From: a bacterium
GTDB lineage: Bacteria > Patescibacteriota > Dojkabacteria > GCA-016699595 > JBAXKR01
Reading direction: 5' to 3'
Assembly: GCA_037131125.1 (NCBI GenBank)
Contig: JBAXRR010000003.1
Coordinates: forward strand, 3,682-67,681
DNA length: 64,000 bases
Positions 51,764-62,083 of this stretch are shown piece after piece. Made by a program: the position numbers and the translations under genes. Each line of letters begins with the position of its first letter. Position 1 is the first letter of the stretch. The notes under the pieces are model-generated. The model was given only the letters and a program-made list of their open reading frames with translations. It had not been told where the DNA came from and ran no database searches.

Positions 51764-53392
51764 TTAGCCGAGGAACTCTAGTAATAGCTTTTTAATCATT
51801 GTTCTTCTATCTTTATGCATACACTCAGGTGATTTTCTATCCCTTTTTCTGTTTATATCATGACCAAATAGTTTGTCTATGTAGTTTCTACCTTTAAAAG
51901 TTTTGAATAAAAATTCATATCTCATTGGAACATCATTTAATACTCTCAATATTTTATGCACTCTTATTAGCTGTTCTTCTGAGATAACTATGCTTGGATA
52001 TTTTGCACCTGTTTTCTCAAAGCTTTTGCATAATCCTTTTGTTCTTTCCGTAATCTTTTTAGCAGAGAGGTGTATTCCTCTTTCGTCCATTATTCTTGTA
52101 TAGATTCCTTTTGCAGTAGATACTGGTACTTTTCCATTTAAATCATCTCTATGTTCTAAGTAATATTCAATTAATTGTTTTCGAAATAACATTGGAATTG
52201 TAAGATCTTTGGAATTGTCCGAAGTATTTGGATATTCTCTGAAAGATGGCTCTACTATAAGTGCAATTCTTTTTGTTAAAACAAAATTATCCCCTATAAC
52301 TCTTCCTACTATTCCATCCTTTGAATTTATGAGTTCTTTTTCACTTTCGAAATTCACAACTTGAAACATTTCTTTGAAATAATCTCTCCCTGTTAGTTCG
52401 ACTATTTTTCTTTTACTCACTCGATCTATTTCGGCAAAGGGGATTCCAAGAGGATACCTATCTTGTAGTTCAACTATTGAATGTAGTGCAATGCTTCTAA
52501 AGTTAGGCTTCCCATTATTCCGAATTACACTTTTTGTCATGAGTAATCTTGCCTTAGGTTCAGAGTCAAAATAGCCGTTTTCTTTAAGTATCTGATATTC
52601 CTTAATATTTTTCTCAGATATAATCAAGAAGCCTTCACTTCCAGGGTTAGTTTCAAATAATTTAGGATTGCCATCTTTAAATACAATATTTGAAGTTAGC
52701 GTTTTTAGAAATGCTGCGGTTAGTTGTCTTGAAAAGGATCTTTTCGGAAGTAAGTCAGTTACTAAGTACTCACCTGGACCATCAAGGTTACTTAATATAT
52801 TAAGAAGCATATAAGGATTAAGTTTTCCAATCTTTTCACCTCTTGCAAAACTTCCACCAACTATCAACTGATTAAGTCTAATTCCATATTGTTCCCATAA
52901 GTAATTATGTGCTTCAGCTATGGCAACTGCTCCTGCTAGTCTGTTTCCTTTTCTATCTGGGATATCTATGACGTTAACTCTTCTTTCTACTACTTTGTAA
53001 CCATTAAACATTCCGGTATGGAAGACAGGTAAGGCAATGAAAGGAAAGACTGAACATATTACCTTTTTAATTTCAAAAGCGAATTTGTATTTAATACCTT
53101 TGTTCTCACTCATCTTTGTTCCACTTTCTTCTTTATTAATCTGATCGAGTGTTAACATTAAAGCTTGAGTAGTGATTGGCAGAGATCCCATTGTGAGATA
53201 AGCTATTAATCTTTCTATATGAGTAGTTCCAGCCGATGGCCATGGGATATGGAAGAAGGAATCATATGTTAATCTTTTTACTTTAATTGGAGGGAAATTG
53301 GGAACCTGCTCTTCAGAATTTTGCAATCCAAAGAATCCAATTCCTTGTTTAAGAGTTCTGCTTTTTGGTGGACATTTACGCTCAGATTCCAA
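51764..53392 (-). CDS. Hypothetical protein, paralogue of 54531-56198
   Basis: Shared blocks PWP.AG.THIER, AIAEA...LW..YG.RLN, EY.IL..NGYFD, LFG.DI. Confidence 0.75.
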   Translation of the reverse strand: MESERKCPPKSRTLKQGIGFFGLQNSEEQVPNFPPIKVKRLTYDSFFHIPWPSAGTTHIERLIAYLTMGSLPITTQALMLTLDQINKEESGTKMSENKGIKYKFAFEIKKVICSVFPFIALPVFHTGMFNGYKVVERRVNVIDIPDRKGNRLAGAVAIAEAHNYLWEQYGIRLNQLIVGGSFARGEKIGKLNPYMLLNILSNLDGPGEYLVTDLLPKRSFSRQLTAAFLKTLTSNIVFKDGNPKLFETNPGSEGFLIISEKNIKEYQILKENGYFDSEPKARLLMTKSVIRNNGKPNFRSIALHSIVELQDRYPLGIPFAEIDRVSKRKIVELTGRDYFKEMFQVVNFESEKELINSKDGIVGRVIGDNFVLTKRIALIVEPSFREYPNTSDNSKDLTIPMLFRKQLIEYYLEHRDDLNGKVPVSTAKGIYTRIMDERGIHLSAKKITERTKGLCKSFEKTGAKYPSIVISEEQLIRVHKILRVLNDVPMRYEFLFKTFKGRNYIDKLFGHDINRKRDRKSPECMHKDRRTMIKKLLLEFLG

Positions 53393-53644
53393 ATGTATAT
53401 TGATAAATATTATGAGTCACATTGTCTCACCATGAAATCGTTCCTTGCAAAATATTATAAATATGTTCATTATTTACATAATAGCTACTGATAATGCCTA
53501 TACTGCTATTGTTGTTATGAAAATACCAGTAACTGCCTCCTGTAAAGGATTATTTAGTGGTTTGGGTCAAAGAACCTGCGTAATTGACCATATTGGCGTA
53601 ACATGGATATCAGAATATTCTGATATAGGTGTCACATAGTGATT

Positions 53645-53800
53645 TCAATTCAAGAATTCCCATTAGTAGTTTTTTAATCATTCTTTTTCTATCTTAATCC
53701 AAGGTAATATGTTGGGATATACAATCGCTGTATATCTAATACCAAAGAATCCTGGTCCTTGGCATACGACTATTGGTTTGTAATTTACCTCTGTTTCCAT
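53645..53800 (-). pseudogene. Internally deleted relic of the 51764/54531 gene family
   Basis: N-terminal QGPGFFGI (cf. QGIGFFGL) joined to frameshifted DRKRMIKKLLM/EFLN* (cf. DRRTMIKKLLLEFLG*). Confidence 0.7.
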
Positions 53801-53905
53801 AGACCTACATTATCTCATGTTATGGGATATTCTCTCAAGCTACTCTTTACAAATTAACTTTCAATTTGGGGTATAATCCTAGGTAAATAACAATTAAAAG
53901 TATGT

Positions 53906-54550
53906 ATGAAAATCACCTTTGTAAGACACGGAAAAACAGAAGCTCATGAGTTAAATAGGAGGCAAACTTCAGAAGCTTCTCTTGGTGAGGTTGGTAAAGA
54001 CCAAGCGAAGAAAGTTGCTAAGCATTTAAAGAACAAGTTGTCAGATAAGGATTATGCCCATATTGTTTCTAGTCCATATAAAAGAGCTAGAGAAACTGCA
54101 GAATTTATCTCATCCGAAGTAGGTTTAGAAATAATAGAAAATGAATTAATCCATGAAATACTTCCCCATCCTGATCTTGATGGACAAGCATTTGATAGTG
54201 AAATTGCTCAAAGATTTTTAAGAGAAGTAGAAAAGTTTGGGTATGACATTAATTGGAAATTTGAAAATGGTGGTGAATCTATTAGAGATGTAATAAATAG
54301 AGCAAAGAAGTTTAAGCATCACTTGATGAAGAATTATAAAGGAAAAAATTTAATTGTTGTTTCTCATGGTACATTTCTTAGAATATTTATTACATATATT
54401 CTTTTAGGAGATAAATATGAGGCTCAGACATTTAAGAAAGTAATGGAATCTTTTAAGCTTGAGAATACTTCTCTTACTGAGATGGAATACAATGAAGAGA
54501 AGGGTTTATGGTATGTATACTGTATTAATTCTACACCTCATCTAGTTTAG
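53906..54550 (+). CDS. Histidine phosphatase (phosphoglycerate mutase-like) family protein
   Basis: VRHG, SSPYKRARETA, GGES, VVSHG, LENTS. Confidence 0.92.
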   Translation: MKITFVRHGKTEAHELNRRQTSEASLGEVGKDQAKKVAKHLKNKLSDKDYAHIVSSPYKRARETAEFISSEVGLEIIENELIHEILPHPDLDGQAFDSEIAQRFLREVEKFGYDINWKFENGGESIRDVINRAKKFKHHLMKNYKGKNLIVVSHGTFLRIFITYILLGDKYEAQTFKKVMESFKLENTSLTEMEYNEEKGLWYVYCINSTPHLV

Positions 54551-56198
54551 TTGAGTTATATATTCTGAGACTTGCATACATTCTGAAAAGAGTTTTAAGC
54601 ATTTCTTTTCTAACTGCAGGAATATCTTTAATTGGCATTCGGTTACCCTCATGGTCTATATCATTCCCAAAAAGATTGATAATATATTGTCTCCCTATTT
54701 CTGTCCCTATTAATTGTCTATACCTTTTAGGAACATTTTCTAATATTGTAAATATATGTTTAACAATGGCAAGTTGTTTTTCTGATATCCTAATTCTTGG
54801 TTCTTTTTCAGGAAATAGTTTAAATCCAAGAGCTAATCTTCTTGTTCCAGTTGTAATATCCTTTAATGATAATTTTTTACCTCTTTCCTCCATAAGTTTT
54901 GAATATATATATCCAAGCTTAGACAATGGAATTCTCGTGTCAGGCTTTCCTCCTATCTCTTTCCAGTATTTTACAACTCTTTTTCTGAATTCAACTGTGT
55001 GATGAAGTGGCTTCTCCGGATTAGAATAAGATGGATAACTTGCTAATGGAGTATCTTCAATAATTGCAATTGGAGCTGTTAGTACTAATTTCCCATCTAT
55101 TACGTTGCCAACTTCATCAGGATTTCCTTTTCCATTCGAATACTCATATTTAAAGAAGTTGAAATCTAGTGCTTTTCCCGAATATTTTTTGCCAGTTAAT
55201 TCTACTATTCTTTCTCTTGCTACTCTATCAAGTTCACCAACTGGTATCCCATCTGGGTATTCATTTTGTAATTTAGCAATTGAATGTACCATTATGCTTC
55301 TAATATTTAACTTTCCATTCTTCCTAACTTCCCCTTTTAATATTAGTAATATAGTCGTTGGTTTGCCATCAAAGTATCCGTTGTCTTGTAAAATCTTGTA
55401 TTCTGCTAAGTTTCTTGGAGTTATCAGTATATAGCCTTCTTCTGCTGGTAGGTACTCAGCAATTTGAGAGCCATCTTCAAGTTTAGTATAACTAAGATGG
55501 CGAACGATTGAAGCAGCTGTTCCATCATTTGTAAATTTTTCTATTGGAAATATATCTCTAACCAGATACTCTCCAGCTTTTTCTAGCTTACTTAATGTTT
55601 CTGTTATCATATATGGGGATAGTTTCCCAAATGTTGTTTTTCTACCATGCTCACCACCTAATATAAAGTTGTTAAGTCGTACACCATAATGTTTCCAAAG
55701 TGAAAGGTATGCTTCTGCAATTGCAATAGCTTTTGCTAACTCGTTTCCTTTATTTTCTGGAATATCGTAAATTCCAGTTTTTTGTGAATTGAAATAGTCT
55801 TCATGAACTATTCCTGACTTCAAAAATCTTTTATAAATAGGAAGAATATTACTTGCTGTATACATTAGCTCTTTTTTAAGGTTTACTCTTACCCAGTCAG
55901 TTCTCTCTACATGTATTACTTCTTTCTTAAATATTCCTTTTAGCATATTTGCTAAATATTGAATTGTTACAGGTCCCCCTCCCATCCCTATTATTGCCAA
56001 GATTCTTTCAATATGAGTAACTCCAGCTTGTGGCCAAGGGAAGTCACATTTTTCCTGATCAAATGTAATTTTTCTAGTAGTTATTCTTGGTAACTCTAAA
56101 AGCGCAACTATATTAATATGTGGACAACTTTTGTTGTCTACACCAAAGAATAACTTATTCTGCTCTACCGTTATTTCCCCTGAGCTTCCCTCTTCCAT
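54531..56198 (-). CDS. Hypothetical protein, paralogue of 51764-53392
   Basis: Colinear similarity with 51764-53392 over the whole length. Confidence 0.75.
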   Translation of the reverse strand: MEEGSSGEITVEQNKLFFGVDNKSCPHINIVALLELPRITTRKITFDQEKCDFPWPQAGVTHIERILAIIGMGGGPVTIQYLANMLKGIFKKEVIHVERTDWVRVNLKKELMYTASNILPIYKRFLKSGIVHEDYFNSQKTGIYDIPENKGNELAKAIAIAEAYLSLWKHYGVRLNNFILGGEHGRKTTFGKLSPYMITETLSKLEKAGEYLVRDIFPIEKFTNDGTAASIVRHLSYTKLEDGSQIAEYLPAEEGYILITPRNLAEYKILQDNGYFDGKPTTILLILKGEVRKNGKLNIRSIMVHSIAKLQNEYPDGIPVGELDRVARERIVELTGKKYSGKALDFNFFKYEYSNGKGNPDEVGNVIDGKLVLTAPIAIIEDTPLASYPSYSNPEKPLHHTVEFRKRVVKYWKEIGGKPDTRIPLSKLGYIYSKLMEERGKKLSLKDITTGTRRLALGFKLFPEKEPRIRISEKQLAIVKHIFTILENVPKRYRQLIGTEIGRQYIINLFGNDIDHEGNRMPIKDIPAVRKEMLKTLFRMYASLRIYNSTKLDEV

Positions 56199-56314
56199 TC
56201 ATTTGTAACCTAAAATTAGTATAGGATAGATTATCTCATCCAAATCTAATTATTCAATATATTTATAGGGGAAAAGGTAATAAAATGGACCTGATATAGG
56301 GTATAATCCTACCT

Positions 56315-57517
56315 ATGTACATTCCAGATAAAACAATACTAAAAAGATATGCAGATGTAGTTATTAAGTTTGCTCTTAATGACTGTAAGGGTATTAAAAA
56401 GGGAGACATAGTCTATGTAAGAATGCCTGAATCTGCTAAACCAATACTTCCTCATCTTCAAAGATCTATCCTTGAAGCAGGAGGTAATATGATCTTAGAT
56501 TATCTTCCAGATGGAATTGAAAGAGAGTTCTATGAACTTGCAGATGATGACCAGCTTATCTTCTATCCAAAAAGATATTCTAAAGCATTAATAGATTCAG
56601 TAGATCATGTTGTAAGAGTCCTTTCAGAATATGATCCAAAAGAACTAGATACAATTAATCCACATAAGTTAATGCAAAGACAAAGTAAAGCAGGTGGTGT
56701 ATTTAGAAATCTTATGCAAGATAAAGAAAAGAAAGGAAAACTTACTTGGAATATATTCCTCTACCCTACTGAAGCTATGGCTCATGAAGCTAATATGACA
56801 TTAGAAGAATATTGGAAAGAGATCATACAAGCTTGTTATCTTAATGAGGAAGATCCAATACAAAAGTGGAAAGAGGTAACTGAAATAGTAGAAAAACAAA
56901 AAGCTTTCTTAAGTAACTTAAATATTGAGTATCTTGAAATTAAAGGAGACCAAGTAGATCTGAGAGTAAAGATAGGATCTAATAGATCATGGCAAGGTGG
57001 TGGTGGAAGAAATATCCCATCCTTTGAGATATTTACATCTCCAGATAATTCTGAAGCAGAAGGATATATTAAATTCTCAGAACCCCTCTTTATCTATTCA
57101 AACTTAGTAGAAGATGTTGAACTATGGTTTAAAGATGGAAAAGTAATTAAATCTAAAGCATCTAAAGGAGAATCCCTTCTCAAAAAGATGATATCCACCA
57201 AGGGTGCAAATAGACTTGGTGAAATTAGTCTTACAGATAAGAAACTTAGTAGAATACATAAGTTTATGGCAGAAACTCTTTATGATGAGAACGCAGGTGG
57301 AACTTATGGCAATATGCACTTAGCATTAGGTCAAGCATTCTTTGAATGTCTTAAAGGAGACTTTTCAAAAACATCTAAACAAGAATTTACTAAATTAGGA
57401 TTCAATAATAGTAAAGTACATACAGATATTGTTACTAGACTCAATAGAACTGTTACAGCGATCTTAAAAGATAACAAAACAGTTGTTATCTACAAGGATG
57501 GTGAGTTTCAGATTTAA
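56315..57517 (+). CDS. Aminopeptidase, M29 (AmpS/PepS) family
   Basis: NIPSFEIFTSP, GANRLGEI, LYDEN, MHLALG, NNSKVHTD. Confidence 0.9.
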   Translation: MYIPDKTILKRYADVVIKFALNDCKGIKKGDIVYVRMPESAKPILPHLQRSILEAGGNMILDYLPDGIEREFYELADDDQLIFYPKRYSKALIDSVDHVVRVLSEYDPKELDTINPHKLMQRQSKAGGVFRNLMQDKEKKGKLTWNIFLYPTEAMAHEANMTLEEYWKEIIQACYLNEEDPIQKWKEVTEIVEKQKAFLSNLNIEYLEIKGDQVDLRVKIGSNRSWQGGGGRNIPSFEIFTSPDNSEAEGYIKFSEPLFIYSNLVEDVELWFKDGKVIKSKASKGESLLKKMISTKGANRLGEISLTDKKLSRIHKFMAETLYDENAGGTYGNMHLALGQAFFECLKGDFSKTSKQEFTKLGFNNSKVHTDIVTRLNRTVTAILKDNKTVVIYKDGEFQI

Positions 57518-57564
57518 TTCCAACTGTTGCATTTTTTGCAACAGTTCAAATAGACCTTTTTAGA

Positions 57565-57999
57565 TTATAGTATCTTCTCAAAGTAATATGATTTCTTGTC
57601 AAAGCCATTATTTTCATAGAATCTGTGTGCATCTAATCTTTTCATGTTTGAATGAAGTTCAATTGAATAACAATTCTTTTCTTTAGCAATCTGAGTTATA
57701 TATTCTAATAACTTCTTACCTAATCCTTTTCCTCTGAAGTCTTTATCTACAACTAGTTCCTCTATTGACGCTATGTTTCCATCCCATATATCTTCTCTAT
57801 ATGTCATAGCACAAACTCCTATTACTTTTTCATTTAGAATTGCTAAATAGTAGTCTTTTCTTCTAGTATCTAGATCTCTTTTGAATCTTTCTTTAACTAC
57901 ATCCAAGTCAAATTTAAAATTTTCCCATAGTTGACCATAAAGTCTTAATACTTCTTGTAAATCCTCTTCTTTAGCAAGTTTTATATTAATATCTTCCAT
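57565..57999 (-). CDS. GNAT N-acetyltransferase
   Basis: IEELVVDKDFRGKGLGKKL, AHRFYENNGF. Confidence 0.92.
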   Translation of the reverse strand: MEDINIKLAKEEDLQEVLRLYGQLWENFKFDLDVVKERFKRDLDTRRKDYYLAILNEKVIGVCAMTYREDIWDGNIASIEELVVDKDFRGKGLGKKLLEYITQIAKEKNCYSIELHSNMKRLDAHRFYENNGFDKKSYYFEKIL

Positions 58000-58103
58000 A
58001 TACCTAGTTATTATCTTAATAAAGAATTATATACCAAATTAAGGAAAGCAGGATATTAATAGATATTTACCTACTTAATTTAGTACAATGTTATTACCCT
58101 TAT

Positions 58104-58193
58104 GGAGAGATGGCCGAGTGGTTTAAGGCGACAGTCTTGAAAACTGTTGTGGCAGCAATGTCACCGGGGGTTCGAATCCCTCTCTCTCCGCCA
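58104..58193 (+). tRNA. tRNA-Ser(TGA), CCA encoded
   Basis: GGAGAGA acceptor stem, ACAGT-CTTGAAA-ACTGT, long variable arm, GGTTCGAATCC, 3' GCCA. Confidence 0.96.
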
Positions 58194-58240
58194 GATCTTT
58201 ACTTGAATATTCCAAATTTGTAGTTGTGTAATTGTAAATT

Positions 58241-60019
58241 TTACTCAGACTTCAATACTTTTTTGGCATCCTCCAGATTTATTCGTGCCTTCTTTCCATA
58301 TTTATCTAATAATGAGAGTAAATTGTTTCCGTTGATTAGTGTAATTGGTTTTCCTTGTGCAAATTTATATGCATCGGGACCATAATCCGATGTAGTAACG
58401 ATTATTCCTTTCATTGCTCCCTCATCCTGCATTATTCCATACAATGCTCTAACAGATTCTACTTTGACTGTGTTTGTGTATCGCTTTGCTTGAATAATTA
58501 TCTTTCCTCCTCTTAGTGGATCGGGGTCAAAAGCTACTGCATCTACTCCAAGATCACGACTAGATTGGGTGATTTTTACCTCCATTCCAGATTGTGCAAA
58601 TTCTTTTTCAAAGACTTCTCTTACTAAGTGCTCAAAATCCTCCCAATCCATTGCTGCAATATTAAGTTGATCTTCCATTTCACCAATTACTTCTCTTGCT
58701 TCAATAAAACGTTTATCACTTTTGTCTATACTCATTATTGGCGCAATAGGTGCAAGACTTGTCAACTTACTGCTACAAATTCCCTTTAAACCACGTAAGC
58801 AAAGTTTAGGGTCAATTTTAAGAAGATTGAGTTGAAGGAAATCTTGTTTTTTTACAAACACAGATAGTATATATATGATTTTATGATTTCCCGTAGATTT
58901 ATCGAGTATATCTACAAAACCATTAAAGGCAATGGCATCAATCGAATTAGTTTCATCATTACTAAAGACCTCGTTTATTGTTCTTATAGGTATTGAGTAA
59001 AGGACTTTGTCATAGATTTTTTCTTTTTCATTCTCAGAAAGTAATATCTGCTCGCTACTCCCAGTTGTTTTATTGAATTTTTCTCCTCTATATTGGGGAA
59101 TAACATCTTGTGTAGGTAATTCGTAGTCTATCAATAGTAATTTTTCATCTTTTTTATATTGTAAGAATACATTCTCAGGGAAATCTTGTGGATAAACTGA
59201 ATCGATAAGAATCTTAGTGAAATACTTTGTTATCATTTCTGGATCACCTTCTTCAAAAAGTTTTTTCTCTCTTTCAATTCCACTGTTAAATTCTTCCTGT
59301 TCTTTAATAAACTTTTCTTTGCTTTGCTCCCAATCCGAAACTGACTTGTCATAGATAGATTTTTTCTCATTCCACTCACTTATTTGTTTTTCAAAGTTTT
59401 CTTTCCTAAGTTTTTTGTTCTTTTCGCTCCCAAAAAGTATTTCCCATAAATCTTCTTTTGGTTCGCAGTTTTGAATCTCTGGTTTCAACGAAGTAAATTG
59501 TGGTCTAGGTTCATTAAAATTTTCGTGATTTTTGTAATCTTCCCATTTAAATTTAATTGGGTTCTCAACTGAATCAATTAAGATATTATCCAAGGATTTT
59601 ATTTCATTTTCTGCTTTTTCGGAGAAACTGACGGCTTTAGACCCATTAAATTCTTTAATTTTGTAATCTTGCCACTTATGTTTGTAAGATAATGCTTGTT
59701 CATTAAGTCTTTTTTGAATATAGTTAATGTCTGGATTTGTTGGTGTACTGAACGCTTTATTTAAACCCGAATGTGATATATATCCTTTATACCCTCTAAA
59801 TTTTCCTTTTGTTGTGTAAAGAATTTCTATGTTTTGCTTTATTAAATTGAAATCATCAGTTGTTTGTCCAAATTGAATAGGACAAAGAGCTGAACTCATC
59901 TCGAATTTATTTTGGCAAACAGGGCATAAAATTACTTGTGAGATTCTGTCATTATTGTCAAATTTTAATGTTGCCTTACAATTGGGACATTGTCCTTCAG
60001 CTAATATTGTTTTTGTCAT
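58241..60019 (-). CDS. Mrr-family (type IV) restriction endonuclease with an N-terminal Zn ribbon
   Basis: DWEDFEHLV, SRDLGVDAV, IIQAKRY, GIIVTTSDYG, LINGNNL; CPNC...CPVC at the N-terminus. Confidence 0.88.
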   Translation of the reverse strand: MTKTILAEGQCPNCKATLKFDNNDRISQVILCPVCQNKFEMSSALCPIQFGQTTDDFNLIKQNIEILYTTKGKFRGYKGYISHSGLNKAFSTPTNPDINYIQKRLNEQALSYKHKWQDYKIKEFNGSKAVSFSEKAENEIKSLDNILIDSVENPIKFKWEDYKNHENFNEPRPQFTSLKPEIQNCEPKEDLWEILFGSEKNKKLRKENFEKQISEWNEKKSIYDKSVSDWEQSKEKFIKEQEEFNSGIEREKKLFEEGDPEMITKYFTKILIDSVYPQDFPENVFLQYKKDEKLLLIDYELPTQDVIPQYRGEKFNKTTGSSEQILLSENEKEKIYDKVLYSIPIRTINEVFSNDETNSIDAIAFNGFVDILDKSTGNHKIIYILSVFVKKQDFLQLNLLKIDPKLCLRGLKGICSSKLTSLAPIAPIMSIDKSDKRFIEAREVIGEMEDQLNIAAMDWEDFEHLVREVFEKEFAQSGMEVKITQSSRDLGVDAVAFDPDPLRGGKIIIQAKRYTNTVKVESVRALYGIMQDEGAMKGIIVTTSDYGPDAYKFAQGKPITLINGNNLLSLLDKYGKKARINLEDAKKVLKSE

Positions 60020-60167
60020 ACTTGATTTTATCCCTGTAAGAATATAGATTCAACTGATTCACTATATTCAGTTCGTCTTATAAATTATGATTTTCAACGG
60101 ACATACTCAGTTGAGGTTATTGTGATTTATTTTTGATAACATTGGGAATAGTTATTATTTTATAAAT

Positions 60168-61151
60168 ATGTATACCTATTCCTCCAAACTACTCCCAGGT
60201 TCTCACATTAGAATAGTCTCCCCTTCTTCTTCTTTAGGAATTATTAGTAAGGAGGCTATAGATATTGCAAGTGAAAGATTAAAGTCTTTAGGATTTGAAC
60301 TTAGTTTTGGTAAACATGTAAAAGAATGTGATGAATACAATTCTTCTAGTATTGAATCTAGAGTAGAAGATTTTATGTCTGCTTTTTTGGATAAGGACGT
60401 AGATTGTGTTATGTCTGTAATAGGAGGACATAATTGTAATCAGATACTTCCATATTTAGATTATGAAGTTATTAAGAATAATCCTAAATGTTTTATTGGG
60501 TTCTCAGATATAACAGCTTTGAATAATGCAATATATTCTATGACTGGATTAGTAACATATTCTGGTCCTGCATATTCTAGTTTTGGAAAGAAGTTAGATT
60601 TTGAATATACAATGGACTATTTCAAGAAGTGTTTAATGGAAGAATCTTCTTATGATATTCTCCCAAGTACTAAATGGTCCGATGATAAATGGTATGTTGA
60701 TCAAAACGTAAGTAATCTTATTAATAATCCGGGATATCTTAAAGTTAACAATGGATCATGTAAGGGTACAATTGTTGGAGGTAACTTATGTACTTTAAAT
60801 TTACTTCAAGGTACAAAATACTTCCCTTCTCTTAAAGATACTATTTTGTTTATAGAAGATGATCATGAAAGTAGTTATCTTAACTTTGATAGAGATCTTG
60901 AATCTCTAACTCAAGTAGAAGGTTTTGAAGGTGTTAAAGGAGTTGTTATAGGAAGATTCCAACAAGCAAGTCATGTAAGTAATGAAGAGATATTAAGAAT
61001 GGTAAAGAATAAAAAAGTATTAAGAGATATACCTATTGTTGCTAATGTAGATTTTGGACATACAGATCCTAAGATTACATTTCCAATTGGAGGGGAAGCT
61101 AGTTTAAGTGTGACTAATGAAGGGGTAAAATTAAGTATATTAAAGCATTAA
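60168..61151 (+). CDS. LD-carboxypeptidase / MccF-like peptidase, family S66
   Basis: IRIVSPS, IGG, FIGFSDIT, GGNL, FIED, DFGHTDP. Confidence 0.92.
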   Translation: MYTYSSKLLPGSHIRIVSPSSSLGIISKEAIDIASERLKSLGFELSFGKHVKECDEYNSSSIESRVEDFMSAFLDKDVDCVMSVIGGHNCNQILPYLDYEVIKNNPKCFIGFSDITALNNAIYSMTGLVTYSGPAYSSFGKKLDFEYTMDYFKKCLMEESSYDILPSTKWSDDKWYVDQNVSNLINNPGYLKVNNGSCKGTIVGGNLCTLNLLQGTKYFPSLKDTILFIEDDHESSYLNFDRDLESLTQVEGFEGVKGVVIGRFQQASHVSNEEILRMVKNKKVLRDIPIVANVDFGHTDPKITFPIGGEASLSVTNEGVKLSILKH

Positions 61152-61170
61152 TTTGTTAATTTAATCTAGT

Positions 61171-62067
61171 ATGTCTGTAATAACTGAAAGTAATTATTCA
61201 TCCGATATGGTTTCTCCTCGCGAACTAGTTCCTGACGTCAACGATAAAGCAGAGTTAGAAGCATTATTGGAAGGAAGGGGTATCTCAGGAAAAAATGAAG
61301 TACAAAGATCTAATATGTATAGGATACCTGTTCAAGTAGATTTCTTGAGAGATTACGTGAAAGGACTTCCTGCGGATGCCCCTCTAAGTGTTTTAAATAT
61401 AGGTCCAGCGAATGCAGAAGAAGCTAGTGTTATCGCATCTGTTGCTAAAAATGGTAATGTTCTGGATAGAACTTCAATCTCATATGTCGATTTAGTTCCT
61501 CTGGATATGGTTGTACCAGTTACTAGTTATGGAAAGAATTTCTTAGGTGAAGCTAGAGTCCCACCTAGAGCTGATATAAATTGTTATGTCATGGAATCTG
61601 GAACGTGGAATTTGATTCCCGAAATACAAACATTTATTAGTGATTCATTGAAAGGACCGGATAATCATTTTAAGACTGCTGTTGAGAGCTACTGTAAGTT
61701 ACCAGATACAAAGAAATATATGGTTGTAACTTTTAACAACGTTGCCCAGTACTTGGGTCGTGGACTTACTCAATATGATAATCCTTTCTATAAAACTGAG
61801 GGAGATTTCTCTAAATTTCAAGCTACACTTCTTTCAGTTGCGGAAAAAACTGATGTTGGTGGGGTCTTGTTAACTCAGATTACCACGAAAGGTTTAGATA
61901 GTAGAAGTTCAGAAAATCGTGGAACAAAGCTTGCAGTAGATAAATACCTACATGAAGGTACAAATTTTGACGATGTTTTTGACACAATTAATCATAAAGA
62001 GGGAATCTATAAAAGAAAAAGCAATATCCCATTAGTAATGAAAAAACCTATTGCACAAATTTCTTAA
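61171..62067 (+). CDS. Hypothetical protein, possible CheR-like SAM-dependent methyltransferase fold
   Basis: LSVLNIGPANAEEA, YVDL, YMVVTFNNVAQY, GGVLL. Confidence 0.55.
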   Translation: MSVITESNYSSDMVSPRELVPDVNDKAELEALLEGRGISGKNEVQRSNMYRIPVQVDFLRDYVKGLPADAPLSVLNIGPANAEEASVIASVAKNGNVLDRTSISYVDLVPLDMVVPVTSYGKNFLGEARVPPRADINCYVMESGTWNLIPEIQTFISDSLKGPDNHFKTAVESYCKLPDTKKYMVVTFNNVAQYLGRGLTQYDNPFYKTEGDFSKFQATLLSVAEKTDVGGVLLTQITTKGLDSRSSENRGTKLAVDKYLHEGTNFDDVFDTINHKEGIYKRKSNIPLVMKKPIAQIS

Positions 62068-62083
62068 TTGTTAAGTAACTTTT

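Noticed and set aside
53445-53639. 64-aa plus-strand ORF, or a decayed membrane-protein fragment on the minus strand
   Set aside because: No recognisable motif; the minus frame has internal stops; support is insufficient.
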